A stretch of DNA of 64,000 nucleotides from Cycas panzhihuaensis (lineage: Eukaryota; Plantae; Cycadophyta). Within the stretch, counting starts at the first letter, position 1, and the number at the start of each line of letters is the position of its first letter. Location of the stretch: positions 246,953,741 through 247,017,740 of the forward strand of contig CM041465.1 of the NCBI GenBank assembly GCA_023213395.1. Direction: 5' to 3'. The position numbers and the translations under genes are program-made. Positions 1 to 14,391 of this stretch are shown here, piece after piece. Under the pieces are notes generated by a model that saw only the letters and a list, made by a program, of their open reading frames with translations, was not told where the DNA came from and made no database searches.

Positions 1-2865
1 TTTAGCCAACAGCCTTAAGAAGATCCTCCTTGCACTTATATTTCCCAGTCAGGATGGCTTAGTCAAGGGCAGGCATGTTTTAGATGGTATAATTGTGGTT
101 CATGAAACTATCCACTCTGTCCACCAGAGAAAGGAACCTAGAATGATAGTTAATATAGATCTCTCCAAGGCCTATGATAGGGTCTCTTAGAATTGCCTGA
201 TGGATTGTATTCATGCCTTTAGCTTTAGAGATCATTGGGGTAACTGGATAAACAATTATATTTCAAAACCAAAGTTTTTAGTTATCATAAATAGCTCATT
301 GTCATCTTTCTTCCTAGGTTTTAGAGGAATGTGATAAGGGGATCCTCTCTCCCCGTACTTATTCATTATAATAATTGAATTGATGAGGAGGACCATGGAG
401 GAGGCTAGAAGGATAAATAAGATTATAGGTTTAGAGCTCACCTCATGAGTAAATAATGTTATTCACCATCACTTTGTAGATGGTAATATCATGTTAGGGA
501 GGGTGGCTATGGTGGAAGCTAGAGTTATAAAGGAGGAGCTTAAAAGGTTTGAAGTTGTAATATATGAGAAGGTTAATTTAAATAAGAGTAGCATTTTTTC
601 CCTAAAAACTAAAGAAAAAAACCCAAAGGGCTATAAGCAGAATTCTCAAAATGCTTATTTAGAAACTCCCCACCCTCTACCTAGGTATGCCTCTCTTTAT
701 TAGAAAAATAGAGAAGGAGTTGTGGAACCCTATTATTGACCAAATACAAAGAAAGTTAGCAGGCTCAAAGGGGGCTATGCTAAGTTAGACAAGGAAACTT
801 CAATTATTGATAGCCACCCTCCAAAATATTTCAATCTACATGATGTCGCTCTTTAGAACCCCATTAAAAATTATAAATATTCTAGAATCTATTTAGAAGA
901 GGTTCCTCTAGTCAAGAGTTAAGGAGTGGGACAAAATTCATTTGATGGTTTGGGAGAAAGTATATGCTCTAAAATAGGCAGGGGGACTTAACATAAAAGA
1001 TATAGCTTACTTGAATAGGGCCCTTGTGGCTAAGTTAAATTGGAGACTATTTGGGGGGAATGAGAGTCTATGGTATAAAATTGTTACCCAAAAATATCTT
1101 AAGTACAAGTAGTACTTGAGGGATGACACTCTAATAAGGTTTGGATCTGTGATATAGAGAAGTCTCATTTATGTGAGAATGATGCTTACGGTAGGCGTTC
1201 AGTGGAAGCTGGGGGGATGGTACTTTGATAAATTTTTGGGAGGATTTTTGGTGTGGATAATCCCAAATAAACAAAAGGATAGACCTTAGACCTATTCAAG
1301 ATATATTTGAGAGGTTATATGGTAAAAAAGTCAATGATTACTAGGAGGTTAGGGAGGGGATAAAAAGATGGAGGAAGTTTGAAAATATCTCCTCAGATTA
1401 TGTCAGTTGGGCCCAAATTAAATCCCTCATATGAGAGTTAGCCAAAAATTATATCCCTAGATTTCCTAAGAAGGACTCTTTGGTATGGCTTTTATCCCCT
1501 TTTGGGGATTACTTAGTGAAATTTGGGTACTTATTCCTAATTTTAGAAAGGGGTATAAGGAAAAATACCAAGTTGGAGGGGGGTATGGAAAATGGGATTG
1601 ATCCCTAAGGTTTTGATTTTTTGGTGGTTATGCCTTATGAATAAAATCCTAACTATGGAAAAGGAGTTTTGCATTGGTAAACAAATACATTTTGTTTTGT
1701 AAAGAGGAGGAATCCCTTGATCATATTTTATTGCATTACTCGTAACCTAGGGTAGTGTGGAAGCGGTTGTGGGACTCCTTTAGAGTTACTTAGGTGTTCT
1801 TAGAACCTGTGAAGGACTTGATACCCACCTGGTTATGCCCCTTTAGATGTAAATCTTTAATATTTCTTTGGCTCATTACACTACCTATGATGATGTGGAA
1901 TCTTTGGAAAGAAAAGAATAGAAGGATCTTCTAAGAGAAATAAATGGATGAAAATAAGCTTTTTGGGTTGATCTTTGTAGTAATGAGAGAGTCCTTGAAG
2001 GAGGAGGAAGAGAGCTTTATTCTCTCAGAGGAAAGGAATAGTTTGAGGAAGTGGGGTATTAGGAATCCCAATATTATTATGAGATCAAAAAGGTTGTGTA
2101 ATTGGACCCCCCACAACCCACCCCCCCGGCGGGGAACTAGGTTAAAATAAATTTTGATGGGGTAGCTAAAGGAAACCCAGGAGAAGTTGTGGGGAGGAGG
2201 GTTCTATAGAAATACCGAAGGCAAGGTGATTTGGGCCTTTACAAATTATTATGGGATCAAGACCAACCATTGAGCTAAGATGGAGGTAATACGTAAGGCT
2301 GTGGACATGATCGATCTATAAGGGCTTAACATAGTGATTTTGGAAGGGGACTCACTAAATGTGATAAAATTACTTAAAGGGAAGATGGACCCTAATTAGA
2401 GGACTACTGCAATTATAAATGATGTGAAGGAGATTCTCCAAATAAAAGCAAAGATCTAGGTGGTCCATACATATAAGGAAGGGAATGGGGTGGATGACAA
2501 ACTGGCAAACACGGGGATTCAGTTTAAAAGAAATGAGGCTTTAGGGGAGTTAATCATAGAAGAGATTTTAAGTGTGGTTAGGAATGATATGGAGGCCATC
2601 AGTTATGGTAGATCCCCATAGCTAGCCACCGAGCATGTCGTGGTAGATTAGGATGATAGATTCTTCAGAGCTAGCCACTAGGCTTGTCGTAGCAGGGGTG
2701 GGTAGTAGATGTTGTAGGTTCTAGTTTTATTTTCTCTTTGGAGCTAGGCCATGTGCTTTTCATGGAAGTTTTTTAAGGGCCTGAATATGCAACTTATGTA
2801 AGAGGGTAGAGACCCCTTTTAAAACCCCTCAACTATTAAACCTTACTAAAAATTTAAAAAAAAAA
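1..2865 (+). mobile_element. L1-type LINE, 3' part (decayed ORF2: RT, zf-RVT, RNase H; A-rich tail); runs off the window start
   Basis: Manual translation: LANSLKKIL..QDGLVKGRHVLDGIIVVHETIHS..IDLSKAYDRVS (2-190), GDPLSPYLFII (~340-370), HHFVDG (~470, FADD box), EESLDHILLH (~1710-1740), KINFDGVAKGNPG (~2145-2180), VILEGDS (~2335), HTYKEGNG (~2465). A-rich tail at ~2847-2865. Many stops and frameshifts. Confidence 0.93.
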
Positions 2866-2999
2866 GGATGGCTCTATTGAAGATTCTTATGTAAAGAATC
2901 CAACTGATTCTACACATGAAGTTTATAATTATAATCCAAATAGAAATACCAAATTTTAACTAGGTCAAATATACTAAAAATTTATATACTTTAATATCA

Positions 3000-3454
3000 T
3001 ATTAAAATGATCTAAAATGACTTATATAGAAGTGTATTATCAAGCAAGATATAATTGTAATATCACAAGGTCAATTAAGTATATAATGAATATAATAAAT
3101 GAATAAGGATAAGGGCATAAGAGATAATAATACAAACATCATATATATGCCATATTTAATATGGAAAACCCATGAATGGGAAAATCACCTTTAAATATTT
3201 ATAAGATCTCTTATTAAGAAGTATAATAAATGAACCACAAGGTGAGTTATTCTACCCTCATAAGGACTAGGAGATCTCTCTCTCTCTCTTTCTTTTCAAT
3301 ATTTATTGCTCTTATATAAATATATCATTGTATGAACATCTAATCATATTTCACCATTTTATCAACCTATTAGATCATGTGTGTAGGAACCTTTCACATT
3401 GACCAAGGATAACCTGACTCATTAATTAAATATTACATCTCTAACACTTCAACA
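3000..3454 (-). repeat. 3' LTR of the 3000-7018 element
   Basis: Aligns by eye end to end with 6511-7018; ends ..ttcaaca next to the PPT. Confidence 0.88.
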
Positions 3455-6400
3455 TTCCCACACTCCTTTAATATTTAATTTATCAGTCTTCAAATCTTTA
3501 TCTTCATGTCTTTATCTTCATGCCTTTATGTGTTTATGTTGGATCACTTGCTCATTTATCTCCTCATTTTACTTATAAATTAATTTGTTAAACTTGTCTT
3601 TACTATGTTTACCTCTTACAAGCAAAACTTATCATGTCATAAATAATGTACCACACCATAACAATGTATCATACCAACCACATCTAAACCATTAATTAAT
3701 CGAATATAACTCATGACTCTTAACTCATCATAATATAGAAAGTTTTCTCCTCATCAACTTCACATCTCCACTTATAAGCTATAAAACCAAACTCATCAAA
3801 ACACCAATAAACAAATTCAATGATGTCCATATAAAATAATAACTATCTACCAAAATGTATGAGTAACTAGTTGCTACAATCACTAGTTATCTAGGATATA
3901 TTTCTTATATATGGTTCATTAGCTTTATAAAAATAAAAATATAACATACTACAATTAACTAAATATATTATATTAGAGTAACCTATGAATCATTTTTTGC
4001 CTCTTGTTGACGAGATATATATGTACTACCTCCATCAATGATTATATATATGTCTTTGCAGGTTTAATGGTAATCTATCTTATTAAACATCTTCTCCAAC
4101 CACTAACTTTGGGAACAAGGAGTACTACCTATTTTATCAAGCTAGTTGTAATAAGGTAATATATAATAATGTGTTTCCATGCATCTTGTCATATGTGGCA
4201 ATTAGATTTATAACTAAAAAATACATATCAATAGAAGTCCTTAATAATTAATACTAGTTTTATAAATGATTCATGACTATTATTTCTAATTTCAATCAAA
4301 CTTCTGAGATTTCTCCTTCATATTATATTAGGTAGATACACATCACTTAATTCATTAAACTCAACCCCAATTGCAATCCATTTCATTCAAGCATCATTCT
4401 TAATTATTCAGGTGATGTCTTTATCATCATTCATTCAACCCATATATCAAATTAGGTGATTACCTTTATTTCTTCATTAATCCATGTCAAATTCTTTTAA
4501 GTAGGGAGATTTAAAAATATGTTTAGCATGTGTCTTTTTGGTTCTCACATGTGTTTCACTTTATTTCTTTGATTTATTAAATGTGTTATAATTGAGTTAT
4601 TTTTATCTATTTTATTAAATTTTCACCCAACCTTTATTTTAAATCCTTTATTAATTATCCATTTGTGTCAACATAAACTTAATAGCTTTTAAGATCACTA
4701 AAAAATTCTAAAACATAACTTAAATTGCTAAAAAAAATAGAACTTTTATCATGCCAAAATTTTCTTACTCGTCTTTATTAATTAAATCTCTATTATTCAA
4801 GCTTTAAACTATGCCTTGTAAGCTTGGTTTTGATTCTCTTTGAACCCTCTTTCCAATGCAACTGATAGCTTGAAAATCTAACTTCATATAATAAATTTAT
4901 ACCTTAAAAACTAGCAATACCTTATGAAAAATCAAAATAGGGTAGAAAATTTAATTGGTACTATGGTCACATGCTTATGCCCATGTAATTGTTTGGCTTC
5001 ATGAAGAGGGCTATGACAAATTTTAAAATAATATGCAAAATAATTAAATTCAATTTTAAACTTTAAAATATATATATATGTATGTCAATTTCATATAATC
5101 ATTTTAAAGTTTTTTCCCAAAATTTCTACATTCATCAATTGTATGCCATATAGGAAATGAGATTTAAAGGATTTAGGTGATGAAATCTATGGGTATCTAC
5201 ATTTAGGGCACCTCAATCTTTACAAGAGGGTTTGAAATCCATGATTTTTTATTGATAAATACTCTTCATACAAATTGTGCATGAGTTATAATTTCATTTC
5301 TAGTTATTAAATCTCCACACTAGAATGGTAATAAAAAACTCAATAAAGAGATCTTAAGTATCCTCTTTCAAACTCCTATTAGTGCATTATGTTATAGATC
5401 CAATGTTTTTCTTTATCAAATATTTGTGAGCCTAATTACCATGTAGACTATGCTCGACCATTTACCTGGATAATATGATGACCTTATTTAATCTTATATC
5501 AACACTAAAGACTTTGTCATTGTATTCTTGTATGTGATTTTATCATTTTGTAACTAGAAATTTTCCTTAATAGATTATTCACATTTATGAATTAAATCTC
5601 TATCACTAGATGGGTGCTCTATGAAATTTATATTATTTTTAATAAGGTATCAAATCTTTGTTGCCAAGGACCTAGTGAAATTGTCATGGAGTTGAGGCTT
5701 AACATCCATAGTATTATGCTACATGGTGTGGTTCCTACCTAGGATTAAAATATTAGTTTCCTATAGAAGATGACTATGGGCTATTGAAAGTTATTATTCA
5801 TGACCAAGATATTCTTATTTTCTCATCATATTTCTCGGTCAACAATGATAATCATGCCAAATATAATTATGAATAAATGATAATTATTGTCCACATAAAC
5901 TTTCCATATAACTTAGTCTTATTATTAGTGCCATATTGCTCTATCAATCTGCTTCTGTTAAACTTAATTTATCTTTCATCAAACTATTGCATATCACTTG
6001 GTATAGGCTTACACCTATTTCACATTCACTAATAGAGTATTGGCTCTTTGTCTCACTCTTACAAGGCGATGAATCCTATTTGGGTGATCAACTTATGGTT
6101 ATACCATTAGACACCTACATGTTCTAGTATATGGCACTAACATGCATTAATTAAATGTCTATAATAAATAGATAAAATGAATAATATTACTCATCAGTAT
6201 CATATCACTCTTTACATTGTATATACAATTTTAACTTCACTTTATCATGCCCTAATATCATAATCACATCATTGATATAACTGGTTTTTGGCTTCATATC
6301 TTTGTCATACTATCTCTCATACTAGCTCATTTTAGCTTTCATACTGCATATATGGATCATCCTTAGATGGTGAAGATTATTACCATGTGTGTGTGGTATT

Positions 6401-6510
6401 CTTCTTTCCTTGCCAACTGTGAACCTACTTCTATTATGTATCTCTATTTCACCAAGATCTTCTTCCTCCTATACTCTAAGATTTTGATCTTGACCTAAGC
6501 TCTGATACCA

Positions 6511-6795
6511 TATTAAACTAATCTAAAATGACTTATGTAGAAGTGTATAACCAAGAAAGATATAACTAAAATATCATATGATTAATTAAATATATAATAA
6601 ACACAATAAATAAATAAGGATAAAGGCATAAGAGATAATAATGCAAATCTAACATGTACGCCATGTTTAATGTGAAAAAACTATGAATAGAAAAAATTGC
6701 CTTTAAATATTCATGAGATCTCATATTGAGAAGTATAATCAATGAACCACATGGTAAGTCATCCCATCCTCACAAGGAGGACTATGATCTCTCTC

Positions 6796-6861
<66 letters not shown>

Positions 6862-7018
6862 CAATACATATTACCCTTATATAAATATATTATTGTATTG
6901 ACATCTAATACATTTTACCATTTTATCAACCAATCATATCATGTGTGTGGGAACCTTTCATGTGAACTAATGATAACTTGACTCATTAATTAAATATTAC
7001 ATCTCTAATACTTCAATG
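6511..7018 (-). repeat. 5' LTR of the 3000-7018 element
   Basis: Directly abuts the Met PBS (6499-6510); homologous to 3000-3454. Confidence 0.88.
6788..6858. repeat. (TC)n microsatellite, about 35 units, inside the LTR
   Basis: Direct reading, one G interruption; the sister LTR has only about 7 units at 3275-3289. Confidence 0.97.
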
Positions 7019-7329
7019 TTTTAACAAAATATACTTTTCATGATCTTTATTCTAGGTGTATCTATAAGCTCTCATTAACCATTTTAATATAGTTAATTGT
7101 TTCAACTAACTATGCTCTCTCTTAACACTAGTTAGGTCCCATACCTTATCCTATTTACTACTAGGGATTGATTGTATGATTGCATTAGAATTTAGTAGAT
7201 TGGTTGGTATGATGGTTGAATGATTTCATTTGATCATGTTTATGCTTGACCAATATTGTGGATGATGTAAAGATCATAAAAGTGTCAATAAATTTGGCTT
7301 ATTCTAACCCCCTTCAAAGCTCTATCTTA

Positions 7330-10300
7330 TGTTATCAACCTCATTAAAAAGTAATTTATTAGTTATATTTTATCGAATAGGCATGTTGAAAAGATGTGAC
7401 TTTTGATAAAAAGGGCCTATAAAAATGGCCATCAACATATTGTAAATATCATTCATCTTTATCAATCAAATATATTTGGTCTTATGACTATTAATCTATT
7501 GACTAGCTCTTGTGTGTTCGTTGGTGCTCTCTAAAATCAATTAATTATACTTCAGTTACGGAATTGGTTTATAACAATTGGTGTCAGAGCTTCACTTCTA
7601 GTACCTAGGGGATAAGAATTAATAGATCCATTATATACAAAGCAATCATCATCTACAAATTAACCTCATATAATAACACTCATATAAGTGAGAACACTCA
7701 ACTTTAAAGTCATCCATTAGATTTATATGTGACAAGGAGTTTTGTCTGAGAATTTAACATATAAGGCAAGGTGTAAAACTTCTATCATAATTATCATATG
7801 AAGAAGTCACAATTCTATGTTGGTGCCTTTGTCAATCTACAAAACCTAAGTTGTATATAGTTCGAATACATCACCTTTAATAGTTGAGTATATACACCAG
7901 ATGCCCTCTATGTAATATCATGTGGAGGAATCATAATTGTAAGTAATTATAGTATGCATATGCTACATTATTCTATAAACTAATATAAATATAATATATT
8001 TCATATAGCCTGCATAAACTTAATATATTATTTATATCCAATGTTGCACTACCACTGCATAACCTTCTTCCTTCATTTTTTTTGTGGATCTATCAGGTCT
8101 GGTTGAGATCCTCCTATCCATGTTCTGTATTTATTATGCTATGATTTTCCCTGCGTCCTTCTTCCATTCGCATCTGCATTGTTCTATTTCCCATCTTGTC
8201 ATCTTCCTATCTTCCCTGCATCACTCTTTCTATCTTTTTTTTCTTTCTATGTCTACGTACCCATTTTGTATAAATTTCCACATTTGCATTGTGTCTGCAT
8301 TACATCCTTCCATTTATCATTTCGTCTTCTACATTCCACATTCCACAGCTTGCACCGTCATTCTTTTGTCGCCCTAATTACACCCCCATAATCCTATATA
8401 TTACATTCTATATAATCATTCAATTATACTACTAACATATTTTATCATAATTGTTTATTACTTATTCCTCTAATATTTGTGCATTTTTATATATTCTTTA
8501 AATATCAATATATACTCATTTTTAATATTTTTCTTATTTCTTATTTATATATCAATTAATTATTATATATATTTACTCTTACCTTTAATAAAGTTGACTA
8601 CAATATTTAATATTCAGTCATAATAATTTATTTATAAGTTATTAATTTCATCAAATTATATTTATTTATATTTTGATAAAATAAATATTCAATCTATCCT
8701 CTCAATCTTCATCCATCTTAATCTACTCATCTCCGTCTAACCTTCTATACCTTGTTCATTTCCATCTATTTATTACATTCCATTCCCTTCACATAAAACA
8801 TATAAGTAACCTTTAATGTGAGTCTCAATTCCTTGCATTACTCCATATAGTTGTATGTTGCTGCCCTTTTGAAATGACTTCTACCATGCTTGTAAAAATA
8901 TATAAAAAAAAAAAAAGAGTATTCCTATCAAAGCACTTATTATCATATGCATTTAAAAATACTAAATTAGATTTATCATTTAATGTTGAAGGCATATTTA
9001 TAACAAGTATATCACTCTGAATTTTACCTCAAGACATGTAGTAAAGATATATTGATAGTGAGAAATAGGTAGGAAAAATTGTAACAACCAATAATCATTC
9101 AATAACATTTAATTTTGATTGTCATCATTCCACTTATGTTTGCAACACATACAAACACCTATTTAAGATAGGAAATCTTGTTTATTTTGGGTCTCAAAAG
9201 TTCTCACTGCACAAGATTTATACATCAATAAAAGAAGTCAAAGAGGTTAATAGGAGAAGCATACACTATCCATTTTCTCTAACAAACCAAACACGACAGT
9301 CAAGTAGTGGAACTGCACATATATAATTATTAAAGTAATGAACACTAAAGATATGGAAGATAACACCATCCAAAAGGATATCATCAAACTAATTACTCAA
9401 GCTGTGCACAAAGCACTCTAGACATCAAATGCTCTCTTAAATCATAGCCACAAGTAGGAAAGAAGATATGATTATTCTAGACTTAGAGGACGAAGTAATG
9501 AGCCGACAATCTTATATCCAAAATCGGGCTATAAAAAATTATTTAGGTCCTCAGATGACTCTAATTAAAATTAAAAAGTAAGCTATTAGAAAATATCTTA
9601 ATGAATATCGAAATTTAACTCTTGAGAAATAGAAAATAATGGGTTTTTAAGCATACTTCAACTACCTTTAAAGTATATAGACACAGAAAAAGAAAAATTT
9701 AGAAAAAATAACAATATAACATTTCAGTATGGAGCAGAAATCACATGAGATGAGAGTATGAATCCAATAAATGGAAAACTACTTTTGTTTAGTGGAGATT
9801 AAACTAATAAAACAAGTTCCTTTAGCCACCCTGCATATGGATGGAATAGCATGTGAATGGTGGCAGTGTCTTGAATGAACTTCTATTCATAATTAACTTC
9901 CAACCTAGAAAGAGTGTGTATTTATTCATCAAATGGTTTGAAATAATATCTAATCATGATTACTATTGTGAGTTATGAAGATTAAAACAAACTGGCTCTG
10001 TGGAAGAATAATGTGCAGCATTCACAAAATTGAGTTATGTTTTGGAAGACATTCCCATGAATCGACTTATCCAATTATATATAGATGGCTTAATCATTGA
10101 AATCCAAGTGGATGTCAAAATTCAAGAGCCTAAGGATCTGAATAAGATAATACAACTTGCCAAAATATAGGAAAATAAGGTTAATGAATTACAGAAAGTA
10201 AAAGTAAGACCATGTATTCCTCCTTATGCTTGATCTAATCCTCCTTCAATAATACGATATGGTCTAGTGCCTAGTAGAGTTACTCGATGAGCTAAACTAG

Positions 10301-13300
10301 TACTTCAAAGGACTATATCTAATTAAGAAGATTTACCAAAAAAGAACCTCTACTTCAAATGTGCCAAAAATGGACACCTAATTATAAATGTTAGAAGAAT
10401 TAATTATATACAATTGAATTATCCCTGGTAGCCAAAAATGAGGAAATTGAACAAGAAGATGATACAAAAAGTGACCAAGAGAATGCTTCAGAAACTTAGG
10501 ATGACCAATATAACCAGGAGGAGGATGTCTTAAAAATGTCATTCTTAGCTATAAGTGGTCTTACAAGATCTAATATGCTTAAACTACAAGGATTTATTAA
10601 AAATTAGGCTATTGCAATCCTAATCGATCTCAAAAATACCCATAATTTCATTAATAGAATCTTGACTCAACACTTAAAATTGTTTTCATATATAACAACA
10701 TATTTTTAAGTAAGTGTTAAGGGTTGCCAAGTTATATCTAGACAAGGATTGATGGAAAACCTTAAGATCTCAATAGGAAATGTCATTATTAAAGAAAATT
10801 TTTATGTACTTGATGTTGGTGAAGTGGATATTATTCTAGGAAGTCAGTGGTTAAGAACCTTGGGAACTTTTAAAATGAACCTTGAGGAATTATTTATGAG
10901 ATATACGAAGGAAGAACCATTATCCTTCAAGGAGAGAAACCAGGAAATAGCCAACTAATATCCTATAAATGAATGAAAAAATTAATCAGGAAATCGTACG
11001 GTGGTATTCTGATTTAACTCTTCTCTATTCAAGCAAAAATAACACTAATAACAAAAGAAAACGATATGTAAAAAGTTATTAAAAAATATAAAGAAGTTTT
11101 TCAAAATATTCTAGCCAAATGACCTCTAGATAGAGGGTTGGAATATCAAATTGAACTTGAAGTAGGTACTAATTTGATTATTATCCAGCCATATAAATAG
11201 CCACATCATTATTAGAATGAAATTAAGAAAATTGTATAAGAATTATTGTATCTATGAGTAATAACCCCTAGTAAAAGCCCTTTTGCAGCTTCTATAATCC
11301 TGGTAAGGAAAAAAATTAAATCTTATCATATGTGCATAGATTATCGAGCACTAAATAAGGTTAGAATAAAAAATAAATTTCCTATACCAAGGATTGATGA
11401 GTTGCTATACGAATTATAAGGAGTCGAATATTTTTTAAAAATAGACTTAAAGTCTAGTTACCACCAAATTCGAATTAAAACAGAGGATACATATAAAACG
11501 ACCTTTAGCACATACCATGGTCATTATGAATTTAAGGTAATGCCCTTTGGCCTAACTAATGCATTGGCCATGTTCTAAGCTATTATGAATAAGATTCTTA
11601 AGCCCTTCTTGCAAAAATTTATCTTAGTTTTTTTCAACGACATATTAGTCTTCATAAAAAAGTGTGAAGAACATGTAAACCGTCTTGACCAAGTACTAAG
11701 CATATTAAAGGAACAAAAGTTTTATGCTAATCAATTAAAATATTATTTCAATTTGAAAGAAATAGAATATTTGGGTCATCTCATTTAAAAAGAAGGGATT
11801 AGAGCTGATCCAAGAAAAGTCAAGGCAATTCAAGAATGGCTGATGCCCAAAAATATTACTAAACTTTGAGGATTTTTGGGATTAACAGGATATTATCGAC
11901 ATTTTATTAAAAATTACATACAGAAAATAATTGACTTAACTTGTTTATTAAACAAGGATTCTTTTTAATGGAATGAAGAAGTTATAATGTGTTTCGAATA
12001 AGTTAAGTAAATAATGACCTAATTATTGATGCTAACATCACCTGATTTTCCTAAAAGTCTTATAATAGAATATGATGCATCTAAAATAGTAATCAGCATA
12101 GTACTGATGCAAGAAGAAAAACACATCTCATTTTAGAGTAGAAAACTAAACAACAAAGAGGTTCTCAAATATGCTTATGATAAAGAAATGTTAGCTATTA
12201 TACTCGCTTTGGTTAAATAACATTAATATCTATTAGGTAGTAAATTATAGTCAAGACAGATCATAACAATTTATAATATTTATTGAAACAAAAAGAGTTA
12301 TCCCCTGAACAACAGAAATGGATAAGTAAAATTCAAGCATTTGATTTTAATATAACATACAACAAGGGTAAAAAAAATGTGGTGGTTGATGCATTGTCTC
12401 AAAAAGATGAAGAAAGTGCAGAATCTCAACTAAAAGCCATCTCAATAATAGAACTAGTATGGATCATGGAGTTATAATCAGAATATGTAAAAGATCCTAA
12501 CATTCAATAACTTATTCAAAGAATTCAACAAGGAAAAGAAGTTAAATTCGAATAGAGAAATGATATCTTATGGTATAAAGGATGAATATTCTTAGGTGCA
12601 AATTCAGCTTTCTGTGCTAAGATAATAAATGAAGCACATATAGTACCTACAGAAGGATATGAAGGCTTCTATAAAACATATCTTTGAGTTAAACAGTCAT
12701 TTTTCTAGAAAGGAATGAAAGAGAAAATTTAAAAATTTGTAACTAAATGCACAGTTTGCTAAGCAAATAAATATAAATGTACCGCTACCCCTAGACTGTT
12801 CCAACCTCTCCCTAGTCTGCAACAAAAATGGGAAAGTATTAGCATGGATTTTATCACTGGTCTACCAAAATTAGAAGTGAAATATGCTATGTATGTGATT
12901 GTGGATCGCTTAATAAAATTTGCTTATTTTACATCCATTCAATCTAATTATAAAGCTCAACAATTAGCTGAAGTGTTTGTCAAAGAAATTTACAAATTAC
13001 ATTATTTTCCACAAACCATTATTAATGATAGAGATCCTAAATTCTTGAGCCATATCTAGCAAGAAATGTTTCGATAAGTGGGTACTAAATTAGAAATGAG
13101 TAGCAATTATCCCCTATAAATAGATAGACAAACTGAAGTGGTTAATAAATATTTAGAAAATTATTTATGGATTTATGTAGTAGATAAATAAAATTCATGG
13201 GTCAAATGGCTACATTTAGCTAAAGCCTAGTATAATTCTTTTTACCATTCATCCATTAAAATGACCCCATATCAAGCATTATACAGATATCAACCAACTC

Positions 13301-14153
13301 AATTAAAGGATTGGTTAAGCAAGGATAATAAGGTTTTGGCAATTAATAACTACCTCCAAGAATTATAAAACATAATTCAAATATTAAAGTGACATTTAGA
13401 AGAAGCTAGAAATCAAATGAAATAACAAGTAGATAAACATTGTACTAAAAGAATATTCAAAGTTAGAGATTGAGTCTATGTGAGACTGCAACCACACAAG
13501 TAATCATCATTAAAAAAATCTCAGAAGGAGAAATTGAGTTCTCAATTTATGGCCCTTTTTGGGTTAAACAAAAAATTAGAGAAGTGGCTTATGCCTTAGA
13601 ACTTCCTACTTCTAAATTACACAATGTGTTTCATGTGTCGCATCTCAAAAAGAAAATTGGAAGTCAAGTATAAGTGCATATGGAATTACATCTCTTAGAT
13701 GAAGAAGGCAAACTAATCCTATTACCAGAAGCTATCCTTGAAGTTCAAGAATGGCATTTGTGGTTGAAGACCATTCGAGAATACTTGATAAAATGGAAAT
13801 AGTTGCCTCATAAAGATGCTTCCTAAGAGTCCTTTGATTTTATCAAACTTCATCCTGATTTAAGAAATGAGAGTTTCATGGCCGAAACATCTTATGGGGG
13901 AGGAATTGTTATGAACCTCCTTAAAAAGTAATTTATTAATTATATTTTATCAAATGGGCGTGTTGAAAAGATGTGACTTTTGATGAAAAGGGCCTATAAA
14001 TATGGCCATCAACATATTGTAAACATCATTCATCTTTATCAATTAAATATATTTGGTCTTATGACTATTAATCAATTGACTAACTCTTGTGTGTTCATTG
14101 GTGCTCTCTAAAATCAAATAATCATACTCCAATTACAGAATTGGTCTATAACA
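7330..14153 (+). mobile_element. Full-length but decayed Ty3/gypsy chromovirus inserted in the Tat-1 5' LTR
   Basis: 247-bp LTRs 7330-7576 and 13907-14153 (TGTTA..TAACA); perfect TSD TCTTA (7325-7329, 14154-14158); PBS tggtgtcagagc 7579-7590; PPT gggggaggaa 13896-13905; empty site visible in the sister LTR at ~51130-51145. Confidence 0.96.
9352..13895 (+). pseudogene. gag-pol pseudogene of the chromovirus (gag, protease, RT, RNase H, integrase, chromodomain)
   Basis: LHMDGIACEWW (~9830); LID..THNFI (~10620); [51 protein letters not shown] (11330-11650); YDAS..YDKEMLA (12070-12200); SMDFITGLP, INDRDPKF, QTEVVNK (12840-13150); YGPF..HNVFHVS (13550-13640); EYLIKWK*LP..DAS*E (13780-13830). Numerous stops. 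Confidence 0.95.
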
Positions 14154-14391
14154 TCTTACTTCCATGATTGCACTCTTTCTAGATCACCTTTAACGTGATG
14201 AATCTTACTTTCCTACCTTTTTTTCTTTTAAGTTCCCCTTTGTACTTTACATAACCCTTCATTGCTTCTAGACGTCACTATTCAACTATTTACTATTTGA
14301 CTTTTTTTTTTACTTTTTTAATGAAACTCTCAGTTTTCAACACTCTTTAATAGGTTATATTTTTTACTGTAGGTTGTACTTTTGGAGTTAT

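Larger units (their letters stand above)
3000..7018 (-). mobile_element. Decayed short LTR retrotransposon (about 3 kb internal region, probably a deleted Ty3/gypsy derivative)
   Basis: Direct repeats 3000-3454 and 6511-7018; reverse-complement tRNA-Met PBS gctctgatacca at 6499-6510; reverse-complement PPT ttcccacactcc at 3455-3466. Internal region has only faint integrase-like remnants (SDRD ~5595-5606; THAQF ~5273-5287). No clean TSD. Confidence 0.85.

Noticed and set aside
6742-6981. 79-aa ORF with a Ser-Leu run
   Set aside because: Translation of the (TC)n microsatellite inside an LTR.
2995-7023. Target-site duplication for the 3000-7018 element
   Set aside because: Flanks tatca and tttta match at only 3 of 5 positions; cannot be called.
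8084-8391. Hydrophobic ORFs resembling an env-like or membrane protein in the chromovirus leader
   Set aside because: By-product of a pyrimidine-rich low-complexity leader; no conserved motif.
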